Source: Rubrivivax sp. (GTDB lineage: Bacteria > Pseudomonadota > Gammaproteobacteria > Burkholderiales > Burkholderiaceae_C). From it: a stretch of 64,000 nt of DNA. The stretch lies in assembly GCA_044375195.1 (NCBI GenBank), contig JBILNB010000015.1, positions 7,619 through 71,618 of the forward strand, read 5' to 3'. Positions 1 to 11,300 of the stretch are shown piece after piece (the first letter of the stretch is position 1; each line of letters opens with the position of its first letter). Position numbers and translations under genes: made by a program. The notes beneath the pieces are model-generated. The model had not been told where the DNA came from, ran no database searches, and saw only the letters and a program-made list of their open reading frames with translations.

Positions 1-2
1 TC

Positions 3-1103
3 GCGTGGCCGCAACCCCCCGATGCCGCAGTGCGCCTGCATGCGCACCAGACCTACGCGCGACAGCAGGGGGCTGGTGCCCTCGTTTCAGTGCCGTTGCG
101 CTTGGACGACGAGGTCGTCGCCGTTCTCTGCCTGCAGCGCAAGGACGCCGGATTCGACGCCCAGGTCATCTGGGAACTGCGATTGATCGGCGAGGCCTGC
201 ATACGCAGGCTGTGGGAGCTGCATCGGACGGATCGGTGGTTCGGAGCCCGCTGGTGGTCCGCGTCGACCCGCTGGGTGGACCAGATGCTCGGCCCGAGCC
301 ACACGGGTTTGAAGCTGGCCGGCTTGGGTGCGGTCGGCACGCTGGCGACCGCAGCATTGCTTCCATGGCCGTATCGGGTCGACGCCCCGCTGTCCCTGCG
401 CAGCGAGGACGTCCTGTTCGTGCCGGCTCCCTTCGACGGCTATCTGCGGCGGGTCGATGTGCGTGTCGGCGATCAGGTGGAGACAGGTCGCGTTCTTCTG
501 GAACTTGATACGCGCGAGCTTGTCCTCGAGGAGTCGATGGCAGTTGCTGACGAATTGAGGTACCGGTACGAAGCCGAGAAGGCTCAGGGCAGCCGGCAGC
601 TGGCCGAAATGCAGATCGCCCGTGCGCGGCAGCAGCAGGCCGCCTCCAAGCTCGGCCTGATCCGGCACCAGCTCTCCAACGCTCATGTGCGTGCGCCGTT
701 CCCGAGCGTGGTGGTCGAGGGGGAACTGAAGAAGAACCTGGGTGCCCCGGTGCGCAAGGGCGATCTGCTGGTCAAGCTCGCGCGCGCTTCCGACACCTAT
801 CTCGAGGTCGAGGTCGATCAGGCCTACGTGCACGAGATCCAGACGGGCTCCAAAGGTGAGTTTGCACTGGTCGGGCGGCCTGACCTGAAGTACGCCTTTG
901 TCATCGACCGCATCGATCCGCAGTCCACCCAGCGCGAGACGCGCAACGTGTACCTGGTGCGCGGTCGCATCGAGGCGGGCTACCAGACGTGGTGGCGACC
1001 GGGTATGGGAGGCAGCGCACGCATCGATGTCGGACAGCGCAGCCTGCTGTGGATCATGACGCACAGGACGATACGGTTTCTGCGGGAGGTGTTCTGGATC
1101 TGA
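3..1103 (+). CDS. GAF-domain HlyD/MFP periplasmic adaptor (5'-partial, runs off window start)
   Basis: GAF-like tail (LVSVPLRLDDEVVAVLCLQR), TM helix, barrel-sandwich motif APFDGYLRRVDVRVGDQV, coiled hairpin, APFPSVV and C-terminal RPGMGGSARIDVG. The frame is open to the window edge. Confidence 0.85.
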   Translation, partial: AWPQPPDAAVRLHAHQTYARQQGAGALVSVPLRLDDEVVAVLCLQRKDAGFDAQVIWELRLIGEACIRRLWELHRTDRWFGARWWSASTRWVDQMLGPSHTGLKLAGLGAVGTLATAALLPWPYRVDAPLSLRSEDVLFVPAPFDGYLRRVDVRVGDQVETGRVLLELDTRELVLEESMAVADELRYRYEAEKAQGSRQLAEMQIARARQQQAASKLGLIRHQLSNAHVRAPFPSVVVEGELKKNLGAPVRKGDLLVKLARASDTYLEVEVDQAYVHEIQTGSKGEFALVGRPDLKYAFVIDRIDPQSTQRETRNVYLVRGRIEAGYQTWWRPGMGGSARIDVGQRSLLWIMTHRTIRFLREVFWI

Positions 1104-1105
1104 GC

Positions 1106-3082
1106 GTGGCAGGGGAGCAGGCTGCGGTCTGGCCGCTGCCCCGTGCTTCTCGCTTGCCCGAGGGCCTGGACCTGTACGCGCACGACGTGCGCGGCTGGTT
1201 GCGCCGCCGTCCTGCCCTTGGGCGTGAGTTGCGGCGGCTGTCGCTGGAGTGCGCGGCGGCCTGCGCCGCGCTGCAGGACTTGGGCGAGGACACATTCGAA
1301 GCCCGTATCGGTGAAGCTCGCGACGCCATGCGCCGAGATCCGCTGCGGGCCCGAGGTGGCCTTGTCGAGGTCCTTGCCGTCGTGGGCGAGGCAGCGGCGC
1401 GCGTCCTTGGGATGCGGCCCTACCCAGTGCAGTTCATGGCCGCCCTGGCGCTGCAGCGCGGCGTGCTTGCCGAGATGGCCACGGGCGAGGGCAAGACTCT
1501 CACCGTCGCGCTCGCTGGGGTGCTAGCTGGCTGGACCGGGCGACCTTGTCACGTCATCACGTCGAACGACTATCTGGCGAGCCGTGATGCGCATGAGATG
1601 GAGCCGCTGTATCGTCGGTGCGGCCTGTCGGTGGCCGGGGTGAATGCCGCCGTCGAGCCTGCGAAGCGGCCTGCGCTGTATGGCCGCGATGTGGTTTACG
1701 TGACCGCCAAGGAACTGTTGGCCGACCACCTGCGCGATGAACTTGCGGCCCGCGCAGGGCGTGACCCCCGGCGCCTGGCTTTCGAGAACTGGCTTCAGGG
1801 TCATGCCACTTCGCCATCGCCATCCACCATACTGCTGGTGCGTGGTCTGCATGCCGCTATCGTGGACGAGGCCGACAACGTCCTGATCGACGAAGCCGTC
1901 ACCCCCCTCATCCTGTCTGCGCCCCGCAACAGTCACGGCCTGGGCGATGCAGCGCGGCTCATGGCCGAGTTGGGGATGCGGTTGCGAGAAGGCGAAGACT
2001 ACGAACTCCTTCCCCAGCGGCGTACCGTGGCCCTGAGGGCTGGCGCACGACTGGCCTTGCGCGAGCTCACGTCTGCCTTGCCGCTGACCTGGCGCGCCGA
2101 GCCGAGGCGTGAGGAACTCCTCCGTCAGGCCCTGACGGTGAAGCACTTCATCCTGCCGAACCATCAGTACGTTGTTGACGACGGGAAGATCGTGCTGCTG
2201 GACGAATTTACGGGCCGTTTGACGCCCGGGCGGACGCTGATGGCAGGGCTGCACCAGGCCGTCGAGGCGAAGGAAGGCCTGGACATCACCGATCCGAACG
2301 AGTCACTGGGGCAGTTGAGCTTTCAGACCTTCTTCAGGCGCTTCCCGCGGCTGGCGGGCACCAGCGGTACGGCGCGCGAAGCGGCAGCCGAGTTCTGGCG
2401 AATCTACGGGCTCGTCGTTCTGCCCATCCCGACCCACCGTCCACGTCTGACGGTGACCGCGCCCGCGCGCGTGTTCGCCACCGCCCACGAGCGGTGGCAG
2501 GTCGTCACGCAGCATGTGGCGAGCCTGCACGAAAAAGGACAACCTGTGCTCGTCGGTGTGCGTAGCGTCGCCGCCAGCCTGGTGCTCGCGCGTGAACTCG
2601 AGGCCCGAGGGCTGCGGTTTGCGTTGCTGAACGCGGTTCTGCACGAGCAGGAGGCAGGCATCGTCGCCCAGGCTGGAGAAGCCGGACGCATCACCATTGC
2701 CACGAACATGGCCGGGCGAGGTACGGACATACGCCTCGGACCTGGGGTTGCAACGCTCGGCGGCTTGCATGTCGTCATCGCCGAGGCGAACGAGTCGGCG
2801 CGAGTGGCGCGGCAATTGGCTGGGCGCTGTGGCAGACAAGGCGACCCAGGCAGCGTTGCGATCTTGCTCAGTCTCGAGGACGGACTCGTGCTGCGCTTCA
2901 TGCCCGCCTTGCTGCGCAGTGTCCTTGCACCATTGGCCCGAACCGGGGCTGACTGGAAGCATGCGATCCTGGCCTGGGGTCTTCGCCTGGCGCAGCGTCG
3001 CGCCGAATCCGAGGCTTTCGCACGCCGCCGGGCCGTATTGAAGGCCGACGACTGGCTCGACAAGGCACTGCCCTTCGAGTGA
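1106..3082 (+). CDS. Short SecA paralog (DEAD motor and preprotein cross-linking region; lacks wing, two-helix finger and C-terminal tail)
   Basis: EMATGEGKT, HVITSNDYLASRD, DEADNVLIDEAVTPLIL, LHQAVEAKEG, TNMAGRGTDI, QLAGRCGRQGDPG. GTG at 1106 follows the upstream stop; only ~658 aa. Confidence 0.9.
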   Translation: MAGEQAAVWPLPRASRLPEGLDLYAHDVRGWLRRRPALGRELRRLSLECAAACAALQDLGEDTFEARIGEARDAMRRDPLRARGGLVEVLAVVGEAAARVLGMRPYPVQFMAALALQRGVLAEMATGEGKTLTVALAGVLAGWTGRPCHVITSNDYLASRDAHEMEPLYRRCGLSVAGVNAAVEPAKRPALYGRDVVYVTAKELLADHLRDELAARAGRDPRRLAFENWLQGHATSPSPSTILLVRGLHAAIVDEADNVLIDEAVTPLILSAPRNSHGLGDAARLMAELGMRLREGEDYELLPQRRTVALRAGARLALRELTSALPLTWRAEPRREELLRQALTVKHFILPNHQYVVDDGKIVLLDEFTGRLTPGRTLMAGLHQAVEAKEGLDITDPNESLGQLSFQTFFRRFPRLAGTSGTAREAAAEFWRIYGLVVLPIPTHRPRLTVTAPARVFATAHERWQVVTQHVASLHEKGQPVLVGVRSVAASLVLARELEARGLRFALLNAVLHEQEAGIVAQAGEAGRITIATNMAGRGTDIRLGPGVATLGGLHVVIAEANESARVARQLAGRCGRQGDPGSVAILLSLEDGLVLRFMPALLRSVLAPLARTGADWKHAILAWGLRLAQRRAESEAFARRRAVLKADDWLDKALPFE

Positions 3083-3194
3083 GGGCGCAGCGACAGGGTG
3101 CGGTTCGGGTCGCAGGCTGCCGCTCTGAGTTGTTCAAGGTCTGGTGCAGACTGCCGCAAGGCGCAGCGCGCCGAGGGCCACAGGCGCCACCTTT

Positions 3195-3668
3195 TCACCT
3201 CTCGCTGGGTGTCGGCGTATGAGCGGACCAGGCATGCCGCATCGTGCTCCAGCCGTCCAGTTCCGCCTGGTCGCGCCGCGCCTGCTCGGCTCGCCGCGCC
3301 TGCTGCGCGATCTCCAGCAGCTTGCGAGCCTGCAGCACGGAACGCTCGGCCTCGCCCAGCGTGCGCGCCGCGGCGTCGCGGAGCGCACGCGCGCTTTGCA
3401 CGTCCGTGCTGAGTTTGTCGGCCATCACCCGCAGGTTGTGCAGGAACAGGCGCTCGTTGCGCGTGTCGGCCATGGGGCGCGGGCGGCGCTGCGCCTCTGC
3501 CAGACGGTGCTGGTAGCCGCCGAGCATCGTGGTCACGCGATCGGCACTGCTCAGCAGCCGAGCCAGGCGCTGCTGGTGCTGCGCCAGTACCTCGGCGCAC
3601 TGCTGTGCGTGGCGTTGCGCCTTGTCCACGAGCACGGCTCGGGCGTCCTGTGATGTTTGGTCGCTCAT
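3195..3668 (-). CDS. fliJ: Flagellar export chaperone FliJ
   Basis: ~157-aa coiled-coil ORF right after fliI, ending EQARRDQAELDGW. Confidence 0.75.
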   Translation of the reverse strand: MSDQTSQDARAVLVDKAQRHAQQCAEVLAQHQQRLARLLSSADRVTTMLGGYQHRLAEAQRRPRPMADTRNERLFLHNLRVMADKLSTDVQSARALRDAAARTLGEAERSVLQARKLLEIAQQARRAEQARRDQAELDGWSTMRHAWSAHTPTPSER

Positions 3669-3678
3669 CCCCTCACCC

Positions 3679-5001
3679 TCAACCGCCCAGCAGGCGCTTG
3701 AGTGCTTCGCGGCACTCCGCATAGGGAGCCGGGGCGTTCATGTCCTGCCGCAGATAGTTCTCGAGCGCGGGACGCAGCTTTATCGCGAGGTCCAGGTCGC
3801 GGTTGCTGCCGCTCTCGTAGGCGCCCACCTGGATCAGGTCCTGGCTCTGCTGATATAGCGTCCACAGACGGCGGAAGCGATTGGCGCGCTCGAGGTCCTC
3901 GGGCGCGAGCAGTTGCGGCATCGCGCGCGAGATCGATCCCATCAGGTCGATGGCCGGGTAGTGCGAGGCATCGGCCAGGCGCCGCGAGAGCATGACCTGG
4001 CCGTCCAGCGAGGCGCGGGCGATGTCGACGATGGGGTCGTTGCCGTCGTCACCCTCGGCGAGCACGGTGTAGACGGAGGTGATCGACCCGTGGCCGCGGC
4101 GACCCGGGCCGCCGCGCTCGATGAGCGTGGGCAGCAGCGCGAACACCGAAGGGGGGTAGCCCTTCGCGGTGGGCGGCTCGCCGATGGCCAGGCCGACCTC
4201 GCGCTGCGCGTGGGCCACGCGTGTCAGGCTGTCCACCAGCATCAGCACATGGCGGCCCTGGTCGCGGAAGTGTTCGGCGATCCGGTGGGTGAGCTGCGCC
4301 GCCTTCAGCCTGAGCACCGGCGAGACATTGGCCGGCGCCGCGATGACGACCGACTTGGCCAGGCCCTGCGGCCCGAGCGACTCGTTGATGAAGGCCTGTA
4401 CCTCGCGCCCGCGCTCGCCGACGAGGCCGATGACGACGATCTCGGCCTCTGTGTAGCGCGTCATCATGCCCAGCAGCACGCTTTTGCCCACGCCGGAGCC
4501 GGCCACCAGGCCGATGCGCTGGCCACGGCCCATTGTCAGCAGCCCGTTGATGGCGCGTACCCCCACGTCGAGCACCTCACGGATCGGGCCACGCTCCATG
4601 GGGTTGAGGCTGTCGCCCTGAAGTACACCGCTGTGGCTGCACTGTGGTGGCGGGCGCCCGTCCAAGGGACGACCGCGGGCATCGATCACGCGCCCGAGCA
4701 ACGCTTGGCCCAGCGCCGCGTGCGCCGTCTGCCCGGTCACGCGCACGCGGCTGCCCGGCCCGATGCCCTGGGGCTCGGTGAAGGGCATGAGCAGCAGGCT
4801 CGAGCCCTGGAAGCCGACGACCTCGGCATCCACCATCTGGCCGTCGATGCCGGTAACCTCGCAGCAGGCTCCCAGCGGCGCGACGAGCCCGCTGGTCTCC
4901 AATCGAAGACCAACCAGACGGGTGACCACGCCGCAACGCGATGGCTCGGGCGCGTGGAGCTCGAGCACCAAGCGTTCGACCTCGAGCTCGAAGGCGGTCA
5001 T
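3679..5001 (-). CDS. fliI: Flagellar export ATPase FliI
   Basis: Walker A AGSGVGKS, GERGREV, DSLTRVAHAQREVGLAIGEPP, LDGQVMLSRRLA. ATG overlaps the fliH stop (ATGA). Confidence 0.95.
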   Translation of the reverse strand: MTAFELEVERLVLELHAPEPSRCGVVTRLVGLRLETSGLVAPLGACCEVTGIDGQMVDAEVVGFQGSSLLLMPFTEPQGIGPGSRVRVTGQTAHAALGQALLGRVIDARGRPLDGRPPPQCSHSGVLQGDSLNPMERGPIREVLDVGVRAINGLLTMGRGQRIGLVAGSGVGKSVLLGMMTRYTEAEIVVIGLVGERGREVQAFINESLGPQGLAKSVVIAAPANVSPVLRLKAAQLTHRIAEHFRDQGRHVLMLVDSLTRVAHAQREVGLAIGEPPTAKGYPPSVFALLPTLIERGGPGRRGHGSITSVYTVLAEGDDGNDPIVDIARASLDGQVMLSRRLADASHYPAIDLMGSISRAMPQLLAPEDLERANRFRRLWTLYQQSQDLIQVGAYESGSNRDLDLAIKLRPALENYLRQDMNAPAPYAECREALKRLLGG

Positions 5002-5879
5002 GACGACGCCGCCGCATCCTCGGCGCCGGTCGCTTGGCTCTGGAGCAACTGCGCGGCCAAGGCGTTGAGCCGGTTCTCCACCAAGTCCTGCACCAGCGTG
5101 CCGTCCGACATGGCTTCGACGCTGCCGCGCCGCAGATGTGCCGCCGGCTCGAGCGTGACAGTCTCGGCGAGCGTCTGGGTGAGCGGCCCCAGTGCGGCGA
5201 GATCCTCGGGATGCAGCCGCACCGTCACGTGCAGCGGATGCGGCCCCAGGGCCTGCAGCGCGTTGTCGACGAGGCGTGCAACCGCCTGCCCGCCCGAGCG
5301 CAGCTCGCCACGCAGCAGCTGCTCGGCCAGGTGCAGCGCCAATCGCCCCAGCGGCGCATGCAGACGCCGCGCGTCGCCGCGCAGCTCGTGAAGTGCGTGC
5401 AGGATCTCCTGTTGCAGGGCTGCCTGCCGCTCGGCCGCGGCGGCCCGGGCGGCGCCTGAGCTGCTCTCCCGGCGTGCGAGCTCGACCTCCGCCCGACGTT
5501 GTCCTTCGCGCACCCCCTGCGCGTGACCTTCGCTCCAGGCGGCCTGACGCTCCTCCTCCAGGCGTCGCTCCAGTGCCTCGCCATGGAGAGTGTGCATCGC
5601 GCCGGCCTGATCGTCCGACCCGCTCTCCCTGGGTTCGATCAGAGTGTGCTGCAAGAGATCGACACCGTCCTCGGTGCCGGGTTCGGAACCGGTGCCAGGT
5701 TTGCCGGCGAAGGGCGAGGGTAGCGACAGCTCGGGCAGGATCTCCCGGGGGCTGAAGCCGCGCGCGGGCTGTCGGTCGAGCGGCCAAGGCACGAAGGGCG
5801 CGTCGTCGCCGGCCGGCAGCAAGGCCGGCTCGGGTCGCCACGGGACCTGCGCGCGATCGGCCTCAGACGAAGTCATCAC
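4998..5879 (-). CDS. fliH: Flagellar assembly protein FliH
   Basis: AxxxGxxxG repeats (AWSEGHAQGVREG), VRLHPEDL; lies between fliG and fliI. Confidence 0.85.
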   Translation of the reverse strand: MMTSSEADRAQVPWRPEPALLPAGDDAPFVPWPLDRQPARGFSPREILPELSLPSPFAGKPGTGSEPGTEDGVDLLQHTLIEPRESGSDDQAGAMHTLHGEALERRLEEERQAAWSEGHAQGVREGQRRAEVELARRESSSGAARAAAAERQAALQQEILHALHELRGDARRLHAPLGRLALHLAEQLLRGELRSGGQAVARLVDNALQALGPHPLHVTVRLHPEDLAALGPLTQTLAETVTLEPAAHLRRGSVEAMSDGTLVQDLVENRLNALAAQLLQSQATGAEDAAASS

Positions 5880-7020
5880 CCCGTCCCGACAGCACCAGCT
5901 CGCCCTTGTCGGAGAGCTTGCGCGCGATGCGCATGATGGCCTTCTGCGCCTCCTCGACGTCGGTGATGCGCAGCGGCCCCTTGGACTCCATCTCGTCGAT
6001 GAACATCACGCGCGCGCGCGCCGACATGTTGTCGAAGAACTTGTCCTTCACGTACTCGTGCGCGCCCTTCAGCGCCGTCATCAGCATGTCGGGCTCGACG
6101 TTGCGCATCAGGGTCTGGATCGCGCGGTTGTCCACGGCCGAGAGGTTCTCGAACGTGAACATGTTGTCCTGGATCTTCTGCGTGAGGTCCGGGTCCAGCC
6201 GTGTCAGCTGGACCATGATCTGCGACTCCAGGTCGACCTTCACGAAGTTCATGATCTTGGCGGCGGCCTTGATGCCGCCGAAGCTCGAGGACTTGGCCGA
6301 CGAGCTGGTCGAGAACTGTTTCTTCATGATCGACTCCAGCTCCTCCATCGCCGAGGGCTGCACGGTCTCGAGGCTGGCCACGCGCTGCATGATCTCGGGA
6401 CGGGCGTCGGGCGGCAGGAAGTTCAGCACGTCGGCGGCGACGTCGTACTCCAGCACCGACAGGATGATGGCCACCACCTGAGGGTGCTCGCTGCGGATCA
6501 TCTCGGCGATGGAGCGCGCGTCCATCCACTTCAGGATCTCCAGCCCCTTGTTGCCCTGGCCCGGCATGATGCGGCTCAGCACCGAGGCGGCCTTGTCCTC
6601 GCCGAGCGCGCGCTTGAGCACCTTCTCGACGTAGTCGCCCGTGCCGAGACCGAGGTTGGTCTGCTTCTTCAGCATGGCGACGAAGTCGTCGAGCACGACG
6701 TTCACCGCTGCCTGCGACAGGTCGGCCACCGACACCATGGCCGCGCCCAGCGCCTGCACCTCCTTGGGGTTCAGGTAGCGGATGATCTCGGCCGCCTGCT
6801 GCTCGCCCAGCAGCAGCATCAGCACCGCGGCGCGCTGCGTGCTGGTGAGGGCGTCGAGCTCCTCGCGGAGCTCGGGCGTCATGACGATGTCGGGCGAGGC
6901 GGCGCCTTCCTCGGGGCCCTTGGCGTCCTTGCCCTCCGGCGCCTCCTTGCCCTTGGCGCCCTTGGCCTTGGGGTCGGCGGCGGCGCCCTTGCTGTCCTTG
7001 GGGTCCTTCTTGTCGGCCAT
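5863..7020 (-). CDS. fliG: Motor switch protein FliG
   Basis: QRAAVLMLLLGE, EHPQVVAIILS, MFTFENL, MSARAR, DVEEAQKAI; Lys-rich N-terminal extension. Confidence 0.95.
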   Translation of the reverse strand: MADKKDPKDSKGAAADPKAKGAKGKEAPEGKDAKGPEEGAASPDIVMTPELREELDALTSTQRAAVLMLLLGEQQAAEIIRYLNPKEVQALGAAMVSVADLSQAAVNVVLDDFVAMLKKQTNLGLGTGDYVEKVLKRALGEDKAASVLSRIMPGQGNKGLEILKWMDARSIAEMIRSEHPQVVAIILSVLEYDVAADVLNFLPPDARPEIMQRVASLETVQPSAMEELESIMKKQFSTSSSAKSSSFGGIKAAAKIMNFVKVDLESQIMVQLTRLDPDLTQKIQDNMFTFENLSAVDNRAIQTLMRNVEPDMLMTALKGAHEYVKDKFFDNMSARARVMFIDEMESKGPLRITDVEEAQKAIMRIARKLSDKGELVLSGRGDDFV

Positions 7021-7056
7021 GGCGTCGGCGGTGCGCGAAAGGGTGGGGCCGCAGCG

Positions 7057-8898
7057 TCAGCTGACGCGGATCATGGCCTTGAGGACGTTGGCCACCCGGC
7101 CTGAGTCCTCGGCCACCAGCATGCGGATCAGCGCCACCTTGTCGTCGTAGGTGTTGGCGGTGTCCAGCAGGTCGGCCGAGATGCTCGACTTCTTGGGCTT
7201 GAGCTTGGCCTTGATCTGCTCCAGGCTCTCGCCCTCGCCGATCTGGATCAGGCGCAGGTCCTCCTCGGTGAGCTCGCCCGATTCGGCGCGCGCCTTGGCG
7301 TCGGCTGCTGCCTGTTCGGCGGCCGCCTTGCGCGCCGCATAGAACTGCTGCAGGACGGGCCGCACGACGACGAAGAGGAAGGCGATGAACGCGAGCGCGA
7401 TCAAGCCGCTCTTGAGCCCCTCGTGGACACGGGTCTCGATGTACCAGGGGATGGTCTCGAGCGGCGGCGCCGGTTCGAAGCGCGCGGGCACCACCGTCAC
7501 CTCGTCGCCACGGCGCTGGTCGAAGCCGACGACGCTGCGCACGAGGTCGCGCATGCGGTCGAGTTCCTGCGGGGTGTAGGCCACGCGGGCGCCGGGCGCA
7601 GGCGCCGAGGCGCCCTCGGCCGGTGGCGGCACGGGGCGCTCGTTCACGACCACCGCGACGCTGATGCGCTGGATGCTGCCGGTGGCGTTCTTGACGTGGC
7701 GAACGCTGCGGTCGAGCTCGTAGTTGCGGGTGGACCGCGAGCTCATCGTCTGGTCCGACTCGCTGCGGCCCTCGGCCGCGTTGGCGGTCGTGTTGGGGGT
7801 CGTGGTGGGCGGCGTCGGCGCGGTGTTGGACAGGGCGCCGGGGATGCCCGCGGCGTCGCGCTTGGCCGCGCGGTCCTGCGCCAGGGTCTCCGAACGCGTC
7901 CTCGGGCCCTGGCCCCGGCTGTCGTAGTCCTCGGTCGTGCTCTCGACCTGGGTGAAGTCGAGCACCAGATTGACCTGGCCGCGCACATTGGTCTCCCCGA
8001 CCACCGGCGCCAGGATCTGCACGATGCGGTTGCGGTAGACCTCCTCGAGCTGCTGCTTGTGCTGCGTCTGGGCGGCGGTCATGCCGAGCTTCAGTTCCGA
8101 GGCCGACTCGGTGAGCAGCTGGCCGATGTTGTCGACCACGGTCACGTGTTCGGGCGCGAGGTAGGGCACGCTCGAAGAGACCAGGTGCACGATGGCCTGC
8201 ACCTGCGAGGGCGAGACCACGCGGCCGGGGTGCGGCGCGACGACCACCGAAGCCTTGGGCGGCGTGCGGTCGCGCACGAACACGCTCTGCTTGGGCTGGG
8301 CCAGGTGCACGCGCGCGCTCTGGACCGTGGCGATCTGCATGACGCTGCGCGCCAGCTCCTGCTCCATCGCCGCGTTGACGCGAACCTGTTCCATGAACTG
8401 GCTCGTCGTCATCGACGACTGGTCCTTCAACGCGTCCAGGCCGGTGTTGCTGGTGCGCGGCAGGCCCTGTGACGCCAGCAGCATCCGCGCCTCGTGGTAG
8501 CGCGTGCTGGGCACGGTGAGCTCGCCGCTGTTCGTGTCGATGCGCGGCTTGAAGTCGGCGTTGCGCAGCAGGTCGAAGGCCGCCTGGCGGTCGCCTTCGT
8601 TCATGCCCGGCAGCAGCGAACGGTAGGGTGTGGCCTGCATCGCCGCCCAGGTGATGGCAAAGATCACCAGCACCGCGACGATGATGATGGCCGGCAGGGA
8701 CCGCCGCACCGCGGGCTGGGCGAGCACGGCCCGCGCCGCCTGGGTCATCTGCTGCAGCGCGCCGCCCCCGGGGCGCAGCGCGGGCGCCGAGCCCGGCGCC
8801 GAGGTCACCGCGGACCCGGCCGCCGGCACGAGCGCCGCGCTGCCCGCCGCGCCTGCGCCTTCGCGGGTGGCCGATGTCGATGCGGGTGAGGTCGCCAC
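7057..8898 (-). CDS. fliF: MS-ring protein FliF
   Basis: Two TM segments, ARVHLAQPKQSVFVRD, KASVVV, NYELDRSVRHV, ISVAVVVN. Confidence 0.95.
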   Translation of the reverse strand: MATSPASTSATREGAGAAGSAALVPAAGSAVTSAPGSAPALRPGGGALQQMTQAARAVLAQPAVRRSLPAIIIVAVLVIFAITWAAMQATPYRSLLPGMNEGDRQAAFDLLRNADFKPRIDTNSGELTVPSTRYHEARMLLASQGLPRTSNTGLDALKDQSSMTTSQFMEQVRVNAAMEQELARSVMQIATVQSARVHLAQPKQSVFVRDRTPPKASVVVAPHPGRVVSPSQVQAIVHLVSSSVPYLAPEHVTVVDNIGQLLTESASELKLGMTAAQTQHKQQLEEVYRNRIVQILAPVVGETNVRGQVNLVLDFTQVESTTEDYDSRGQGPRTRSETLAQDRAAKRDAAGIPGALSNTAPTPPTTTPNTTANAAEGRSESDQTMSSRSTRNYELDRSVRHVKNATGSIQRISVAVVVNERPVPPPAEGASAPAPGARVAYTPQELDRMRDLVRSVVGFDQRRGDEVTVVPARFEPAPPLETIPWYIETRVHEGLKSGLIALAFIAFLFVVVRPVLQQFYAARKAAAEQAAADAKARAESGELTEEDLRLIQIGEGESLEQIKAKLKPKKSSISADLLDTANTYDDKVALIRMLVAEDSGRVANVLKAMIRVS

Positions 8899-8995
8899 GG
8901 CTCAGCGGTCCATCGTCAGGTGGATCGGGCGTGGCATGACCGACGTGCGTCCAGGCCTCGTCATCGCTCGGTCGTCGTGCGTTGGGGCCCCATCG

Positions 8996-9343
8996 TCACA
9001 CCGGCATGTTGAGGATGTCCTCGTAGGCCTTGAGCACCTTGTTGCGCATCTGCAGCGTGGCCTCGAAAGCCAGCGAGGACTTCTGCATCGCCAGCACCAC
9101 GTCCGTCAGCGGGACCTCGCCGCGCTCGTAGGCTTCCTGCATGCCGCGCGAGGCCAGCTGCGTGTCGTTGACCTCGGCCAGGGCCTGGCGCACCAGGTCG
9201 GCGAAGGGCGGCGCGGTCTGGGGGGCGGCCTGGGCGGATGCGGCGCTGCCCGGTTCGATGCCTGCGCCTGCCTCGGCCTGCAGCTTGCGCATGGTCTGCA
9301 GCATCGAGAGGATGTTGGCAGGGGAGGTGATGCGGTCGGACAT
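8996..9343 (-). CDS. fliE: Hook-basal body protein FliE
   Basis: FADLVRQALAEVN...DVVLAMQKSSLAFEATLQMRNKVLKAYEDILNMPV. Confidence 0.95.
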   Translation of the reverse strand: MSDRITSPANILSMLQTMRKLQAEAGAGIEPGSAASAQAAPQTAPPFADLVRQALAEVNDTQLASRGMQEAYERGEVPLTDVVLAMQKSSLAFEATLQMRNKVLKAYEDILNMPV

Positions 9344-9382
9344 GGCGGGGAAATCGGTGCGTGGGAGGTCGGTGTGCGGATG

Positions 9383-10843
<1,461 letters not shown>

Positions 10844-10855
10844 GATTGCGTGAGC

Positions 10856-10870
10856 GCAATTACCGTGCCA
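10856..10870 (-). promoter_or_regulatory. Sigma54 -24/-12 promoter of the fleT-like-fliEFGHIJ operon
   Basis: TGGCAC-GGTAA-TTGC on the minus strand. Confidence 0.85.
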
Positions 10871-10954
10871 GCAATTCAAAGCAGGTCAAGCGGTGACTTC
10901 ATCACCAAAGAGTTGAAAAAACGGCAAAACGGGTAAAACAGCATAACAGCGTGT

Positions 10955-10968
10955 GTCGGTTTATTGAC
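10955..10968. promoter_or_regulatory. FleQ-type binding box
   Basis: GTCGGTTTATTGAC (rc GTCAATAAACCGAC), close to the Pseudomonas FleQ consensus GTCaNTAAAtTGAC; ~85 bp upstream of the -24 element. Confidence 0.6.
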
Positions 10969-11048
10969 GCTTGCGGCTGGCGTGTGTTGTCGTGCCTGCG
11001 CTGCCCGCGGGCCGATTCGCTCATAGGGCCCGCAGGTGGTGCGTGCAC

Positions 11049-11252
11049 TCACCGGCCGGCGCTCTGTGGCGGCTTGGGATCGAACCCGCGACATTCCTGG
11101 CCCGAGGCCCGGTAGACCTCCTCCGAGGGCAGGGCCCGGGTCTTGATCTGCATGTTGCGGCAGAGGTAGGGCAGCCGCACGTCGTAGCTGATGGCCAGGT
11201 GCCTGCAGCGCCAGCAGGAGGGCGGGTCACGGGGAGGCTGACTGACAGGCAT
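11049..11252 (-). CDS. Small four-cysteine protein (putative metal binding)
   Basis: CWRCRH...LPYLC...SGQECRGFDPK, 67 aa, ATG start, directly downstream of fliS. Confidence 0.6.
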   Translation of the reverse strand: MPVSQPPRDPPSCWRCRHLAISYDVRLPYLCRNMQIKTRALPSEEVYRASGQECRGFDPKPPQSAGR

Positions 11253-11300
11253 TCCTGGCCGCGGCGCGCCGGCAAGGGGCAGGGCGGACCCGCCCTGGGA

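Noticed and set aside
11049-11252. Enzyme label (such as uracil-DNA glycosylase) for the small Cys protein
   Set aside because: 67 aa is too short and no catalytic motifs are visible.
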